Positions 36,301-45,213 of a stretch of 64,000 bases of DNA are shown piece after piece. Position 1 is the stretch's first letter. Each line of letters begins with the position of its first letter. A program made the translations under genes and the position numbers. The notes below the pieces were generated by a model. It did no database searches, was not told the origin of the DNA, and worked only from the letters and a program-made list of their open reading frames with translations. Source of the DNA: Betaproteobacteria bacterium (GTDB lineage: Bacteria; Pseudomonadota; Gammaproteobacteria; Burkholderiales; Rhodocyclaceae); NCBI GenBank assembly GCA_019136545.1, contig JAGVUA010000049.1, positions 1,096 through 65,095 on the forward strand, written 5' to 3'.

Positions 36301-36521
36301 TGATGACCGTCACCGCCATCATGGCCGGCCTGCTGCCGATCATGTGGAGCACCGGTGCCGGTTCCGAGGTGATGCGCCGCATCGCTGCGCCCATGGTCGG
36401 CGGCATGATATCCTCAACCCTGTTGACGCTGATCGTGATTCCGGCGATCTATGCGCTGGCGAACGAGCTGCGGCTCGGAGCGCCACCCGTGTCCATGGTC
36501 GAGCCTCGCCGGGGGGAATAG
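33348..36521 (+). CDS. cusA: Heavy-metal efflux RND pump CusA
   Basis: 1057 aa. N-terminus [18 protein letters not shown]...[30 protein letters not shown] is typical of the CusA/CzcA family. Confidence 0.9.
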   Translation: [1057 protein letters not shown]

Positions 36522-36523
36522 AG

Positions 36524-37000
36524 ATGGCAGTTGAGGAAGGCAGGAAAGCGCCGTTCGTCATCGAATGGCGCGATGGTTTCAAGATCAGCATCGCCCAGGT
36601 CGACGACGAGCATCGCCGGTTGTTCCAGCTCGTCAAGGCGCTGGATCTGGACACGGTGGATCAGACGCTCGAGGAGTTGCTCGAATACGTCGTCACCCAC
36701 TTCACCAACGAGCAGGCGCTGATGGAACGAAGCGGTTACCCGGCTTTTGAACATCACCTGAAGCTGCACGAGGAATTCGGCAACCACGTCGCGGATTTCC
36801 TGGGCAGCGGCGATGCGTGGACGGACGAGCGGGTGCAGGAGTTGCGCCGGTTTCTCAACAAGTGGCTGATCGGCCACATCATGACCCACGACTTGCGCTT
36901 CGGCAAATGGTATGCCGAAAACGGCCACCGGAGCGCCGGCCTGGTCCAGGCCGCGCCGGAACGGCGCGGGTTTTTTGCGCGGCTGCTCGGCCTGCGCTGA
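36524..37000 (+). CDS. Bacteriohemerythrin-like protein
   Basis: Starts 2 nt after the cusA stop. Motifs IDDEH-type (VDDEHRRLF), HFTNEQALM, FEHHLKLHEEF and GHIMTHD, the diiron ligand pattern. Confidence 0.75.
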   Translation: MAVEEGRKAPFVIEWRDGFKISIAQVDDEHRRLFQLVKALDLDTVDQTLEELLEYVVTHFTNEQALMERSGYPAFEHHLKLHEEFGNHVADFLGSGDAWTDERVQELRRFLNKWLIGHIMTHDLRFGKWYAENGHRSAGLVQAAPERRGFFARLLGLR

Positions 37001-37045
37001 GGCCGTGCGACGCCAGCCTGACCGCGCTGGCGCGCCGGCGGTCGG

Positions 37046-39223
37046 TCAAGCGGGCCGCTGGAAGCTCGCCAGCTTGCCCCGCAAGTCGTCGAGGCTGAAG
37101 GGCTTGGCGATGAAGTCGTCCATGCCCACCTCGAGGCAATGCTCGCGGTCCGAGTCGAAAGCGTTGGCGGTCACGGCGATGATCGAGGGTTGCACCGGCA
37201 GGTCGAGATTGCGTATGTGCCGCGTTGCCTCGATACCGTCCATCACGGGCATCTGCATGTCCATCAACACCACGTCGTAACCGCCTTCGCGCACCTTGTC
37301 CACCGCTTCCTGGCCATTCGTGGCGGCATCGGCGGCAAGGCCGAGCTTGGCCAGCATGCCGGTGGCCAGCCGGAGATTGATGTTGTTGTCGTCGACCACC
37401 AGGATCTTGACGCTGGACGGTACGGCCCGCGGTCCTGGCGGCGCCGCCGGCGGAGCTTCGGGCAATACGCCCGGCTGCAATTGAATGTGGAAGCGGAAGG
37501 TGCTGCCTTCGCCCTCGCGGCTATCGACTTCGATGCCGCCGGCCATGGCTTCGCACAAGCGGGTGCAGATCGCCAGCCCCAGGCCGGTGCCGCCGTACTG
37601 GCGGGTCGTCGAACTGTCGGCCTGCGAGAACGCCTTGAACATCCGGTCCAGCCTGTCCTGCGGGATGCCGATCCCCGTATCCCGCACTTCGAAGTCGAAG
37701 CGCGACGCCGTTGCCGGCGTGTCGCCGCGGCTGACTTTGACGCGGATCGTCCCGGCCGGGGTGAACTTGATGGCGTTCGAGAGCAGGTTGGACAGAATCT
37801 GGCGCAGGCGGGTGCTGTCGCCGATGACGGCCTGCGGCAAATCGGCGGCGAACGAAGCCTCGAGCCGCAGGCCCTTGCGCTCGATCAGGGGTTGATACAG
37901 GGCCAGGGTGCTTTCCAGTTCCGGGCGCAGGGCGAAATTGCGGCTTTCGAGTTCCAGCTTGCCCGCCTCGATCTTGGAGAAATCGAGGATGTCGTTGATC
38001 AGCACCAGCAATGCGTCGCCGCTGGTGCGAATGGTGGCGAGGTGTTCGCGCTGCTCGGGGTTCAGGCCGGACAGTTCGAGCAGTTCGGCCATGCCGATGA
38101 TGCCGTTCAGCGGCGTGCGGATTTCATGGCTCATGTTGGCGAGAAAAATGCTCTTGGCGCGCGTCGCCGCCTCGGCTTCGTCGCGCGCCTTGCGGAGTTG
38201 CTCCTCGGTGAGACGTCGATCGGTGACGTCGACCGCCGCCACCACCTTGGCCGGGCGGCCATCCACCATCATCGCCGCAGCGGAGAATTCCAGCCAGCGA
38301 ATGTCACCCGACTTGGTGATCATCGAGACTTCGAAGCGCTCGGGCATCGCCGCGCCGGCCATGCACGACTCGTCGTACCGTCGCGCGCTTTCGCGGTCAT
38401 CGGGATGCAACAGTTCCCAGAACGGCATCTCGCGCAATTCGTCCTGGCAGTAACCTGTCAGGCGGGTGGCCGCCGGGTTGGCATAGACGTAGCGCTCGTC
38501 CTGGATGATGGCGATGGCGGCGGTCGATGCCTCGGTCAGGGCCTCGAATCGACCCTCGCTTTCCCGCAGATTTCTGATCATCGCCGCATTGTCGAAACGC
38601 AGTTGTAAGGATTCGGTCAGGGCTTCGTGGTGGTTCCCGGCGGCGCGCAACAGGATGCCCATGAAAACGACCGCGACTGCGCCGATGATCCAGTAGCCTG
38701 GCTCTGGCATGGTGAATGCGCGCAGGATGGGTGGCGACAGAACGAGCACGATGAATGCCGATACCAACCGTCCCTGCGAAGCCAGGGTGCTCGAGCCGGT
38801 GGCGGCAACGCCGACCAATGCAAGCATCAAGGTCAGTTGCTTGTGGATTGGAAATTCCGGGAGCCAGAACAGGTAGCCGCCCAGTCCCCAAAGTCCGCCT
38901 GTCACCAAAGTGGCTACGGCCAGCCGGGTGCGCCAGACGGGTGCTTCCTTGTTGTCCGGTAGGGTTCGTCGATACCCGAGGGCGAGCCCGGTGCGAACCA
39001 GCAGGGACAAGCCCATGGCAAGCAGCCAGAACGCCATCATGGACTTCGGCACGGAATTCCAGATGACGGCGGCCAGCACTGTTGTGCCGACCAGATTGCC
39101 GAATACCGCCAGCAATGCCTGGCGGTAGAACAGGGCAATGCCTGCGGCTGCGACTTCTTCAGAAGTCGTCGAGTAGATCCCGACGTCGGCCGACCTTGCC
39201 CGCTGCTCGGTATTGGCTGTCAT
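37046..39223 (-). CDS. Hybrid sensor histidine kinase / response regulator with multi-TM N-terminal domain and PAS domain
   Basis: H-box [15 protein letters not shown]. ATPase boxes [24 protein letters not shown]. Receiver KILVVDDNN...[12 protein letters not shown]. Confidence 0.85.
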   Translation of the reverse strand: MTANTEQRARSADVGIYSTTSEEVAAAGIALFYRQALLAVFGNLVGTTVLAAVIWNSVPKSMMAFWLLAMGLSLLVRTGLALGYRRTLPDNKEAPVWRTRLAVATLVTGGLWGLGGYLFWLPEFPIHKQLTLMLALVGVAATGSSTLASQGRLVSAFIVLVLSPPILRAFTMPEPGYWIIGAVAVVFMGILLRAAGNHHEALTESLQLRFDNAAMIRNLRESEGRFEALTEASTAAIAIIQDERYVYANPAATRLTGYCQDELREMPFWELLHPDDRESARRYDESCMAGAAMPERFEVSMITKSGDIRWLEFSAAAMMVDGRPAKVVAAVDVTDRRLTEEQLRKARDEAEAATRAKSIFLANMSHEIRTPLNGIIGMAELLELSGLNPEQREHLATIRTSGDALLVLINDILDFSKIEAGKLELESRNFALRPELESTLALYQPLIERKGLRLEASFAADLPQAVIGDSTRLRQILSNLLSNAIKFTPAGTIRVKVSRGDTPATASRFDFEVRDTGIGIPQDRLDRMFKAFSQADSSTTRQYGGTGLGLAICTRLCEAMAGGIEVDSREGEGSTFRFHIQLQPGVLPEAPPAAPPGPRAVPSSVKILVVDDNNINLRLATGMLAKLGLAADAATNGQEAVDKVREGGYDVVLMDMQMPVMDGIEATRHIRNLDLPVQPSIIAVTANAFDSDREHCLEVGMDDFIAKPFSLDDLRGKLASFQRPA
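37713..37739 (-). repeat. GAAAGTCAGCC-hairpin element, copy on the - strand, inside the hybrid kinase gene
   Basis: The reverse complement is CAAAGTCAGCCGCGGCGACACGCCGGC, read in frame as KVSRGDTP. Confidence 0.7.
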
Positions 39224-39251
39224 GGCATGGCATTAGACATATAGGAAGCGT

Positions 39252-40328
39252 TTACGGCTGCCGTTCGGCGCGCTTGATCGAATTCGACATTCTCGCCCGA
39301 TAATCGCTCGGTGTTGCGCCCGTCCAGTCAACAAACGCGCGATAAAAGCTCGAGGTATCGGCGTAGCCGAGTTCGCTGGCCACCTGGGCGACGCTCGCGC
39401 CGCGCCGGGCGAGCCGCGCCAGCGCCAGGTCGCGCCGCAAGGCGTCCTTGATCCGGCGAAAGTTGGCGCCTTCCTCGGCCAGCCGCCGGTGCAGGCTGCG
39501 CGGCGACAGGTGCAGGCCGGCCGCCACGGCTTCCAGCCTGGGCGATGCGGGCAAGGCCGCCCGCAAGATATCGCGCACGCGCTGCACGGTGTCGCGGTCG
39601 CGCCGGTAGAGCGTGGTGATCCGGCCCGGTGCGCCGACCAAAAATGCTTCCAGCGTGGCCTCGTCCCGTCGCACCGGCAGATCCAGCAGGTGCGCCTGCA
39701 AGCGGGCGGTCAGGGTGTCCGAAGGCGCGGTGGCGAAACTCGAGTCGGCGGTGTAGATCAGCGCGTAGTCGCCGGCGTGGCGCGGGCGCGGATACGGGAA
39801 GCTCACGAAATCCAGCGCCAGTCCCCGGCCGGCCAGCCAGCAGGCGAGGCCGTGGATCAGGCGCAGCAGCCATTCGAAGGCGAAAACCCGGCCGGCATCG
39901 GCGGGATGCGCCGCCAACGGCCGTGTCGCCGTCAGGGTGAACTCGGCCTGGGCGCCGTGCCGTTCGACGGCGATGGTCATGTCCGGCAGCAGGATGGGCA
40001 GGAAGCGAGCCAAGCGCCGCAGCGCTTCGTCGAGCGTGCGGGCGCCGGCCAGGGCGCGGACCAGCAATTCGAAACTGCCGGGGCGCATCGGCGTGGCGAA
40101 CAGGCCGAAAGCTTCGTCGTCGAGGGCGAGCGCCACGCGGTTGTACAAATCGGCATAGGCGGTGAGCGGAATGCGGGATTCGTCGCGTGCGAGGAGTGCG
40201 GCATCGATCCCGGCGGCGGCGAGCAGATCGGCCGGATCGCGTCCCTGGCGTCGCACGCCGGCCAGCAAACCGGTGACGAAGCCGATCGCGACCGTGGCGG
40301 ATTTTGCGTGTCCAGATCCTTTTCCCAT
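39252..40328 (-). CDS. AraC-family transcriptional regulator (N-terminal effector-binding domain plus HTH)
   Basis: C-terminal [35 protein letters not shown]...[14 protein letters not shown]. Lies 28 nt upstream of the hybrid kinase on the same strand. Confidence 0.8.
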   Translation of the reverse strand: MGKGSGHAKSATVAIGFVTGLLAGVRRQGRDPADLLAAAGIDAALLARDESRIPLTAYADLYNRVALALDDEAFGLFATPMRPGSFELLVRALAGARTLDEALRRLARFLPILLPDMTIAVERHGAQAEFTLTATRPLAAHPADAGRVFAFEWLLRLIHGLACWLAGRGLALDFVSFPYPRPRHAGDYALIYTADSSFATAPSDTLTARLQAHLLDLPVRRDEATLEAFLVGAPGRITTLYRRDRDTVQRVRDILRAALPASPRLEAVAAGLHLSPRSLHRRLAEEGANFRRIKDALRRDLALARLARRGASVAQVASELGYADTSSFYRAFVDWTGATPSDYRARMSNSIKRAERQP

Positions 40329-40453
40329 GGAGAACCATCGCTAAAAGGACTCATCAATGTTGGCGGATTTTGCACGATCAACGGCGGGGCTGGCAATGGT
40401 TGCTGAGTGCCGGCGGGCATAAGATGCGTCCTCCCATTCCGGAGGATGCCGCC

Positions 40454-43400
40454 ATGACCGATCTTTCCGTCGCTCACCAGCTCGCGCCCTACAAGCCGAA
40501 GCACAAGGTGCGTTTCGTCACCGCGGCTTCCCTGTTCGACGGCCACGACGCCTCCATCAACATCATGCGGCGCATCCTGCAGGCCACCGGCGCCGAGGTG
40601 ATCCACCTCGGCCACAACCGTTCGGTGCGGGAAATCGTGAACGCGGCACTGCAGGAAGACGCGCAGGGCATCGCCCTTACTTCCTATCAGGGCGGCCACA
40701 TCGAGTACTTCAAGTACATGATCGACCTGCTCAAGGAAGGTGGCGGCGAGGAAATCAAGGTCTTCGGCGGCGGCGGCGGCGTCATCGTCCCGGCCGAGAT
40801 CGAAGAGCTGCACGCCTACGGCGTGACGCGCGTCTATTCGCCTGAAGATGGCGCCGTGATGGGTCTGCAGGGCATGATCAACGACGTCGTTGCGCAAAGC
40901 GACTTCGATCCCGCTGCCGCCGGCACGGTCGGCATCGGCGAATTGAAACAGGGCGGCCACCGTGCCTTGGCGCGCGCCATCACCCAACTGGAAAACGACC
41001 CCGCCGGCAAGTTCGCCCAAGCCGTGCGTGCGGCCGGCGTACCGCCAAGCCTGACTTTGGGCATTACCGGCACCGGCGGCGCCGGCAAGTCCAGCCTGAC
41101 CGACGAACTGATCCGCCGCTTCCGCCTCGACCAGGAAGACGCCCTCAAGATCGCCATCGTCTCCATCGACCCGTCGCGCAAGCGTACCGGCGGCGCGCTG
41201 CTCGGCGACCGCATCCGCATGAACGCCATCGAGCACCCGCACATCTTCATGCGCTCGCTGGCCACGCGCGACACCGGATCGGAAATCTCCGCCGCGCTGC
41301 CGGAAGTCATCGCCGCCTGCAAGCTGGCCGGTTTCGACCTCGTCATCGTCGAAACCTCGGGCATCGGCCAGGGCGATGCCGCCATCGTGCCGCACGTCGA
41401 TGCCTCGCTCTACGTCATGACGCCCGAGTTCGGCGCCGCCAGCCAGCTCGAGAAGATCGACATGCTCGATTTCGCCGACTTCGTCGCCATCAACAAGTTC
41501 GACAGGAAAGGCGCGATGGACGCATTGCGCGACGTGCGCAAGCAATACCAGCGCAACCGGGAACGCTTCAAGGAAACGCCGGACCAGATGCCGGTGTTCG
41601 GCACCCAGGCCTCGCGCTTCAACGACGACGGCGTCACCGCGCTCTACCAGGCGATCGCGGCACACCTGCAGTCCAAAGGACTCAAGCTTGAGCCAGGGAA
41701 ACTGCCGACGGTCGAGACGAAGCAGTCCTCGCAGTCTCGCGCCATCGTGCCGGCCGCGCGCAGCCGCTACCTTGCCGAGATCGCCGACACCGTGCGCGGC
41801 TACCACAAGCACATCGACGCGCAGGTGAGCGTTGCCCGCGAGCGCCAGAGCCTGCGCACGGCCAAGACCATCTTCGAGGGCTGCCAGAAGGACGCCGGCA
41901 ATTTCGACGCACTCATCGCCTGGAAGGACGGCCAGCTCGATCCGAAGGCGAAGAAGCTGCTCGACATGTGGCCGGACACGGTGAAGGCCTATGCCGGTGA
42001 CGAATACGTGGTGAAGATCCGCGACAAGGAGATCCGCACGGTGCTGACGCATGAGACGCTCTCCGGCACCCGGATCAGGAAAGTCGTGCTGCCGAAGTTC
42101 GGCGACGAAGGCGAGACGCTGCGCTACCTGATGAAAGAGAATGTGCCGGGCAGCTTCCCCTACACCGCCGGTGTGTTCGCCTTCAAGCGCGAGAACGAAG
42201 ATCCGACGCGCATGTTCGCCGGCGAGGGCGACGCCTTCCGCACCAACCGGCGCTTCAAGAAGGTCTCCGCGGGCATGCCGGCCAAGCGCCTGTCCACCGC
42301 CTTCGACTCGGTGACGCTCTACGGCTGCGACCCCGACGAACGGCCCGACATCTACGGCAAGATCGGCAACTCCGGCGTCAGCATCGCCACCCTCGACGAC
42401 CTCAAAGTGCTCTACGACGGCTTCGATCTGTGCGACCCGGCCACCAGCGTGTCGATGACCATCAACGGTCCGGCGCCGATCATCCTGGCGATGTTCTTCA
42501 ACACCGCCCTCGACCAGCAGCTCGCGAAATTCCAGCAGGACAACGGTCGCGCGCCGACCGAGGACGAGGCCGAGAAAATCCGCGAGTGGGTGCTGGCCAC
42601 CGTGCGCGGCACCGTGCAGGCCGACATCCTCAAGGAGGACCAAGGCCAGAACACCTGCATCTTCAGCACCGAGTTCGCGCTCAAGATGATGGGCGACATC
42701 CAGGAATTCTTCGTGCACCACCAGGTGAGGAACTTCTACTCGGTGTCGATCTCCGGCTACCACATCGCCGAAGCCGGCGCCAACCCGATCTCGCAGCTCG
42801 CCTTCACGCTGGCCAACGGCTTCACCTATGTCGAGAGCTACCTGGCGCGCGGCATGCACATCGACGACTTCGCGCCCAATCTCAGCTTCTTCTTCAGCAA
42901 CGGCATGGATGCCGAGTACTCGGTGATCGGCCGCGTTGCGCGCCGCATCTGGGCGGTGGCGATGAAGCACAAGTACGGCGCCAACGAGCGCTCGCAAAAG
43001 CTCAAGTACCACGTGCAGACCTCGGGTCGCAGCCTGCATGCCCAGGAGATGGCCTTCAACGACATCCGCACGACGCTGCAAGCCTTGATCGCCGTCTACG
43101 ACAACTGCAACTCGCTGCACACCAACGCCTACGACGAGGCGATCACCACGCCGACCGACGAATCGGTGCGCCGCGCCATGGCGATCCAGCTGGTCATCAA
43201 CCGCGAGTGGGGCCTGGCGAAGAACGAGAACCCCAACCAGGGCGCCTTCGTCATCGACGAATTGACGGATTTAGTAGAGGAAGCCGTGCTCAAGGAGTTC
43301 GAGGCCATCGCCGAGCGCGGCGGCGTGCTCGGCGCCATGGAAACCGGCTACCAGCGCGGCAAGATCCAGGAAGAGTCGCTCTACTACGAGCACAGGAAGC

Positions 43401-43705
43401 ACGACGGCAGCCACCCGATCATCGGCGTGAATACTTTCCGCAATCCCCACGGCGACGCCATGCCGGCGCACGTCGAGCTGGCGCGCTCGACCGAGGAGGA
43501 GAAGCAGTCGCAGATCAGGCGCCTGCGCGATTTCCAGCAGCGCAATGCCGCCGCGGCCGGGCCGATGCTGGCTCGCCTCAAGCAGACCGTCATCGACAAC
43601 GGCAACGTCTTCGCCGTGCTGATGGATGCCGTCCGCGTCTGCTCGCTCGGCCAGATTTCGTCCGCCCTCTACGAAGTCGGTGGACAGTATCGGCGCAGCA
43701 TGTAA
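40454..43705 (+). CDS. icmF: Fused isobutyryl-CoA mutase IcmF (B12-binding domain, MeaB-like GTPase, mutase domain)
   Basis: [22 protein letters not shown] (B12 DxH), [13 protein letters not shown] (P-loop chaperone), then a ~600-aa acyl-CoA mutase TIM domain. 1083 aa. Alternative ATG at 40424. Confidence 0.85.
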   Translation: MTDLSVAHQLAPYKPKHKVRFVTAASLFDGHDASINIMRRILQATGAEVIHLGHNRSVREIVNAALQEDAQGIALTSYQGGHIEYFKYMIDLLKEGGGEEIKVFGGGGGVIVPAEIEELHAYGVTRVYSPEDGAVMGLQGMINDVVAQSDFDPAAAGTVGIGELKQGGHRALARAITQLENDPAGKFAQAVRAAGVPPSLTLGITGTGGAGKSSLTDELIRRFRLDQEDALKIAIVSIDPSRKRTGGALLGDRIRMNAIEHPHIFMRSLATRDTGSEISAALPEVIAACKLAGFDLVIVETSGIGQGDAAIVPHVDASLYVMTPEFGAASQLEKIDMLDFADFVAINKFDRKGAMDALRDVRKQYQRNRERFKETPDQMPVFGTQASRFNDDGVTALYQAIAAHLQSKGLKLEPGKLPTVETKQSSQSRAIVPAARSRYLAEIADTVRGYHKHIDAQVSVARERQSLRTAKTIFEGCQKDAGNFDALIAWKDGQLDPKAKKLLDMWPDTVKAYAGDEYVVKIRDKEIRTVLTHETLSGTRIRKVVLPKFGDEGETLRYLMKENVPGSFPYTAGVFAFKRENEDPTRMFAGEGDAFRTNRRFKKVSAGMPAKRLSTAFDSVTLYGCDPDERPDIYGKIGNSGVSIATLDDLKVLYDGFDLCDPATSVSMTINGPAPIILAMFFNTALDQQLAKFQQDNGRAPTEDEAEKIREWVLATVRGTVQADILKEDQGQNTCIFSTEFALKMMGDIQEFFVHHQVRNFYSVSISGYHIAEAGANPISQLAFTLANGFTYVESYLARGMHIDDFAPNLSFFFSNGMDAEYSVIGRVARRIWAVAMKHKYGANERSQKLKYHVQTSGRSLHAQEMAFNDIRTTLQALIAVYDNCNSLHTNAYDEAITTPTDESVRRAMAIQLVINREWGLAKNENPNQGAFVIDELTDLVEEAVLKEFEAIAERGGVLGAMETGYQRGKIQEESLYYEHRKHDGSHPIIGVNTFRNPHGDAMPAHVELARSTEEEKQSQIRRLRDFQQRNAAAAGPMLARLKQTVIDNGNVFAVLMDAVRVCSLGQISSALYEVGGQYRRSM

Positions 43706-43713
43706 GGACACAG

Positions 43714-44184
43714 ATGGGAGCGGCCATGAAAGCCTTCCAGGACTACTATCCCGAGAACGTCGCCCACTGCTACGGCTGCGGCTCGCTCAACCAGCACGGT
43801 CACCAGATCAAGACATTCTGGGAGGGCGAGGAGACCGTCACCCGGTTCACGCCGGCGCCGTACCACACGGCGATTCCCGGCTTCGTCTATGGCGGGCTGA
43901 TCGCCTCGCTCATCGATTGCCACAGCACGGGCACCGCGGCGGCGGCGATGTATCGCGCCGAGGGACGCGAGATGGGCAGCCAGCCGCCCTTGCGCTTCGT
44001 CACCGGCTCGCTGCTGGTCAAGTACCTGAAGCCGACGCCGCTCGTGCCGCTGGAGATTCGCGGCCGCGTGAAGGAGGTCACGGGCCGCAAGGTCGTCGTC
44101 GAATCGACGCTGTACGCCAACGGCGTGGCCACCGCGACCGGCGAGGTGGTGGCCGTGAAGATGCCCGAGGACTTCGGCGGCTGA
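43714..44184 (+). CDS. Hotdog-fold (PaaI/4HBT-type) thioesterase
   Basis: CYGCGSLNQHGHQI..., YGGLIASLIDCHSTG, and a C-terminal strand pattern. ATG 43714 or 43726. Confidence 0.65.
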   Translation: MGAAMKAFQDYYPENVAHCYGCGSLNQHGHQIKTFWEGEETVTRFTPAPYHTAIPGFVYGGLIASLIDCHSTGTAAAAMYRAEGREMGSQPPLRFVTGSLLVKYLKPTPLVPLEIRGRVKEVTGRKVVVESTLYANGVATATGEVVAVKMPEDFGG

Positions 44185-44199
44185 TCGGGCCGGCGGCCC

Positions 44200-44224
44200 G
44201 AAAGTCAGCCGTCGCGGCACGCGC
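44200..44224 (+). repeat. GAAAGTCAGCC-hairpin element, copy 5 (left flank of vapBC)
   Basis: GAAAGTCAGCCGTCGCGGCACGCGC, 15 nt after the thioesterase stop. Confidence 0.8.
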
Positions 44225-44397
44225 TTCAGGCACTGGCCGGGCGCGCGTGAGTGCCGCGCAACTGGCAGCCTCTCTACAAGGAGGAAGGCAATCGAAACCT
44301 GAACACGCCTGTGAGCAGGCAACGGGGTGAATCACGCCGCGTTCAGCAGCTTTGTCGAGAAGAGCGCGAGTGATATTCATGAACACCCCGAAGGCAA

Positions 44398-44432
44398 TTT
44401 CTGTGTGTATCGTATAGGTGTATGATGTGTAA
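44398..44432 (+). promoter_or_regulatory. Candidate vapBC promoter/operator
   Basis: TTTCTG, 17 nt, TATGAT (44421-44426). Direct repeats GTGTAT (44405, 44418) and GTGTAA (44427) overlap it. AGGAGGA RBS at 44443. Confidence 0.3.
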
Positions 44433-44455
44433 TAGATCGACTAGGAGGACACGTT

Positions 44456-44650
44456 ATGCGAACCAATATTGTGATTGACGACAAGCTCATGAAGGATGCC
44501 ATTCGAGCCACAGGTGCGAAGACCAAGCGCGAAGTTGTCGAGCGCGGGCTCAAGACGTTGGTGGACTTGCGGAAGCAGGAACACGCACGGCAATTGCGAG
44601 GCAAGATTAAGTGGGAAGGCGATCTCGATGAGATGAGGACAGACAAGTGA
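44456..44650 (+). CDS. vapB: Type II antitoxin, VapB family
   Basis: 64 aa. MRTNIVIDDKLMKDAIRATGAKTKREVVERGL. Overlaps the PIN gene by 4 nt. Confidence 0.75.
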   Translation: MRTNIVIDDKLMKDAIRATGAKTKREVVERGLKTLVDLRKQEHARQLRGKIKWEGDLDEMRTDK

Positions 44651-45048
44651 TCTTGGTAGATTCGAGCGTCTGGATCGACTACTTCCGTGGTGTAGATACG
44701 CCCCAAGTTGAATTGCTGGATGGGTTGTTTGGCAGAACCCCGCTTGCGGTTGGGGACTTGATCGTGACCGAAGTGTTGCAGGGAGTGCAAGACGATGGGG
44801 AGTTCAACCTTGTGCGCAAGACACTCGGCGCCTTCACTCAAATTGACCTCGCCGGCCATGATATTGCGGTGAAGGCGGCCAGAAACTTCCGGACACTTCG
44901 CGCGAAGGGGATTACGGTGCGCAAGACGATCGACTCGATGATCGCAACGCGATGCATTGAGGATGACCTTACGCTCTTGCATAGCGACAGAGACTTCATT
45001 CCCTTCCATATGCACCTTGGGCTTCGGGTGGCGTACTCGGAAACCTAG
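44647..45048 (+). CDS. vapC: Type II toxin, PIN-domain ribonuclease VapC
   Basis: 133 aa. ILVDSSVWIDYF (first acidic residue), TEVLQG, SMIATRC, LLHSDRDF. Confidence 0.8.
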   Translation: MILVDSSVWIDYFRGVDTPQVELLDGLFGRTPLAVGDLIVTEVLQGVQDDGEFNLVRKTLGAFTQIDLAGHDIAVKAARNFRTLRAKGITVRKTIDSMIATRCIEDDLTLLHSDRDFIPFHMHLGLRVAYSET

Positions 45049-45160
45049 ACGTCATGGTTTGACGAGAGGCGGCCCGCTTGCGGGACGTCCAGTTGGCGCG
45101 GCTACTCGCAACCTGTCCAGCTGTCCGCTTTGAGCAAATACGGCCAATGGACCGCTTCTG

Positions 45161-45174
45161 GCCCGATATCGGGC
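45161..45174 (+). terminator. GC palindrome GCCCGATATCGGGC followed by GTTTG; possible vapBC terminator
   Basis: A perfect 14-bp palindrome 113 nt after the vapC stop. The T-run is weak. Confidence 0.2.
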
Positions 45175-45184
45175 GTTTGAGTTT

Positions 45185-45210
45185 GAAAGTCAGCCGTCGC
45201 GGGACGCCGC
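45185..45210 (+). repeat. GAAAGTCAGCC-hairpin element, copy 6 (right flank of vapBC)
   Basis: GAAAGTCAGCCGTCGCGGGACGCCGC, 3 nt beyond the dinB stop codon on the opposite strand. Confidence 0.8.
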
Positions 45211-45213
45211 GTT

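Larger units (their letters stand above)
44200..45210. other. About 1-kb low-G+C cassette carrying vapBC, bounded by direct copies of the GAAAGTCAGCC element
   Basis: An identical 18-mer, GAAAGTCAGCCGTCGCGG, occurs at 44200-44217 and 45185-45202. The base composition between them is visibly AT-richer than the flanks. No recombinase gene is present. Confidence 0.5.

Noticed and set aside
37046-39223. Hybrid kinase as the CusS-type copper sensor for the adjacent cus locus
   Set aside because: It has a multi-TM N-terminus plus PAS and a fused receiver, not the two-TM periplasmic-sensor CusS layout. It is convergent to the cus operon, and no CusR-type partner is adjacent.
40329-40453. Cobalamin riboswitch upstream of the B12-dependent icmF
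   Set aside because: The leader is only about 125 nt, and I could not see a B12-box-like conserved core.
39977-43120. 1047-aa ORF on the - strand opposite icmF
   Set aside because: It is a shadow frame of a confidently identified 1083-aa IcmF gene. It is low-complexity and Arg/Gly/His/Val-rich, with no motifs.
44078-44386. 102-aa - strand ORF in the spacer upstream of vapB. The same applies to 44996-45223.
   Set aside because: It reads through the repeat element and the dinB-derived fragment (..RRLTF.., ..GQCLKRVP..), has no RBS, and has shadow-like composition. It is more likely a recombination scar than a gene.
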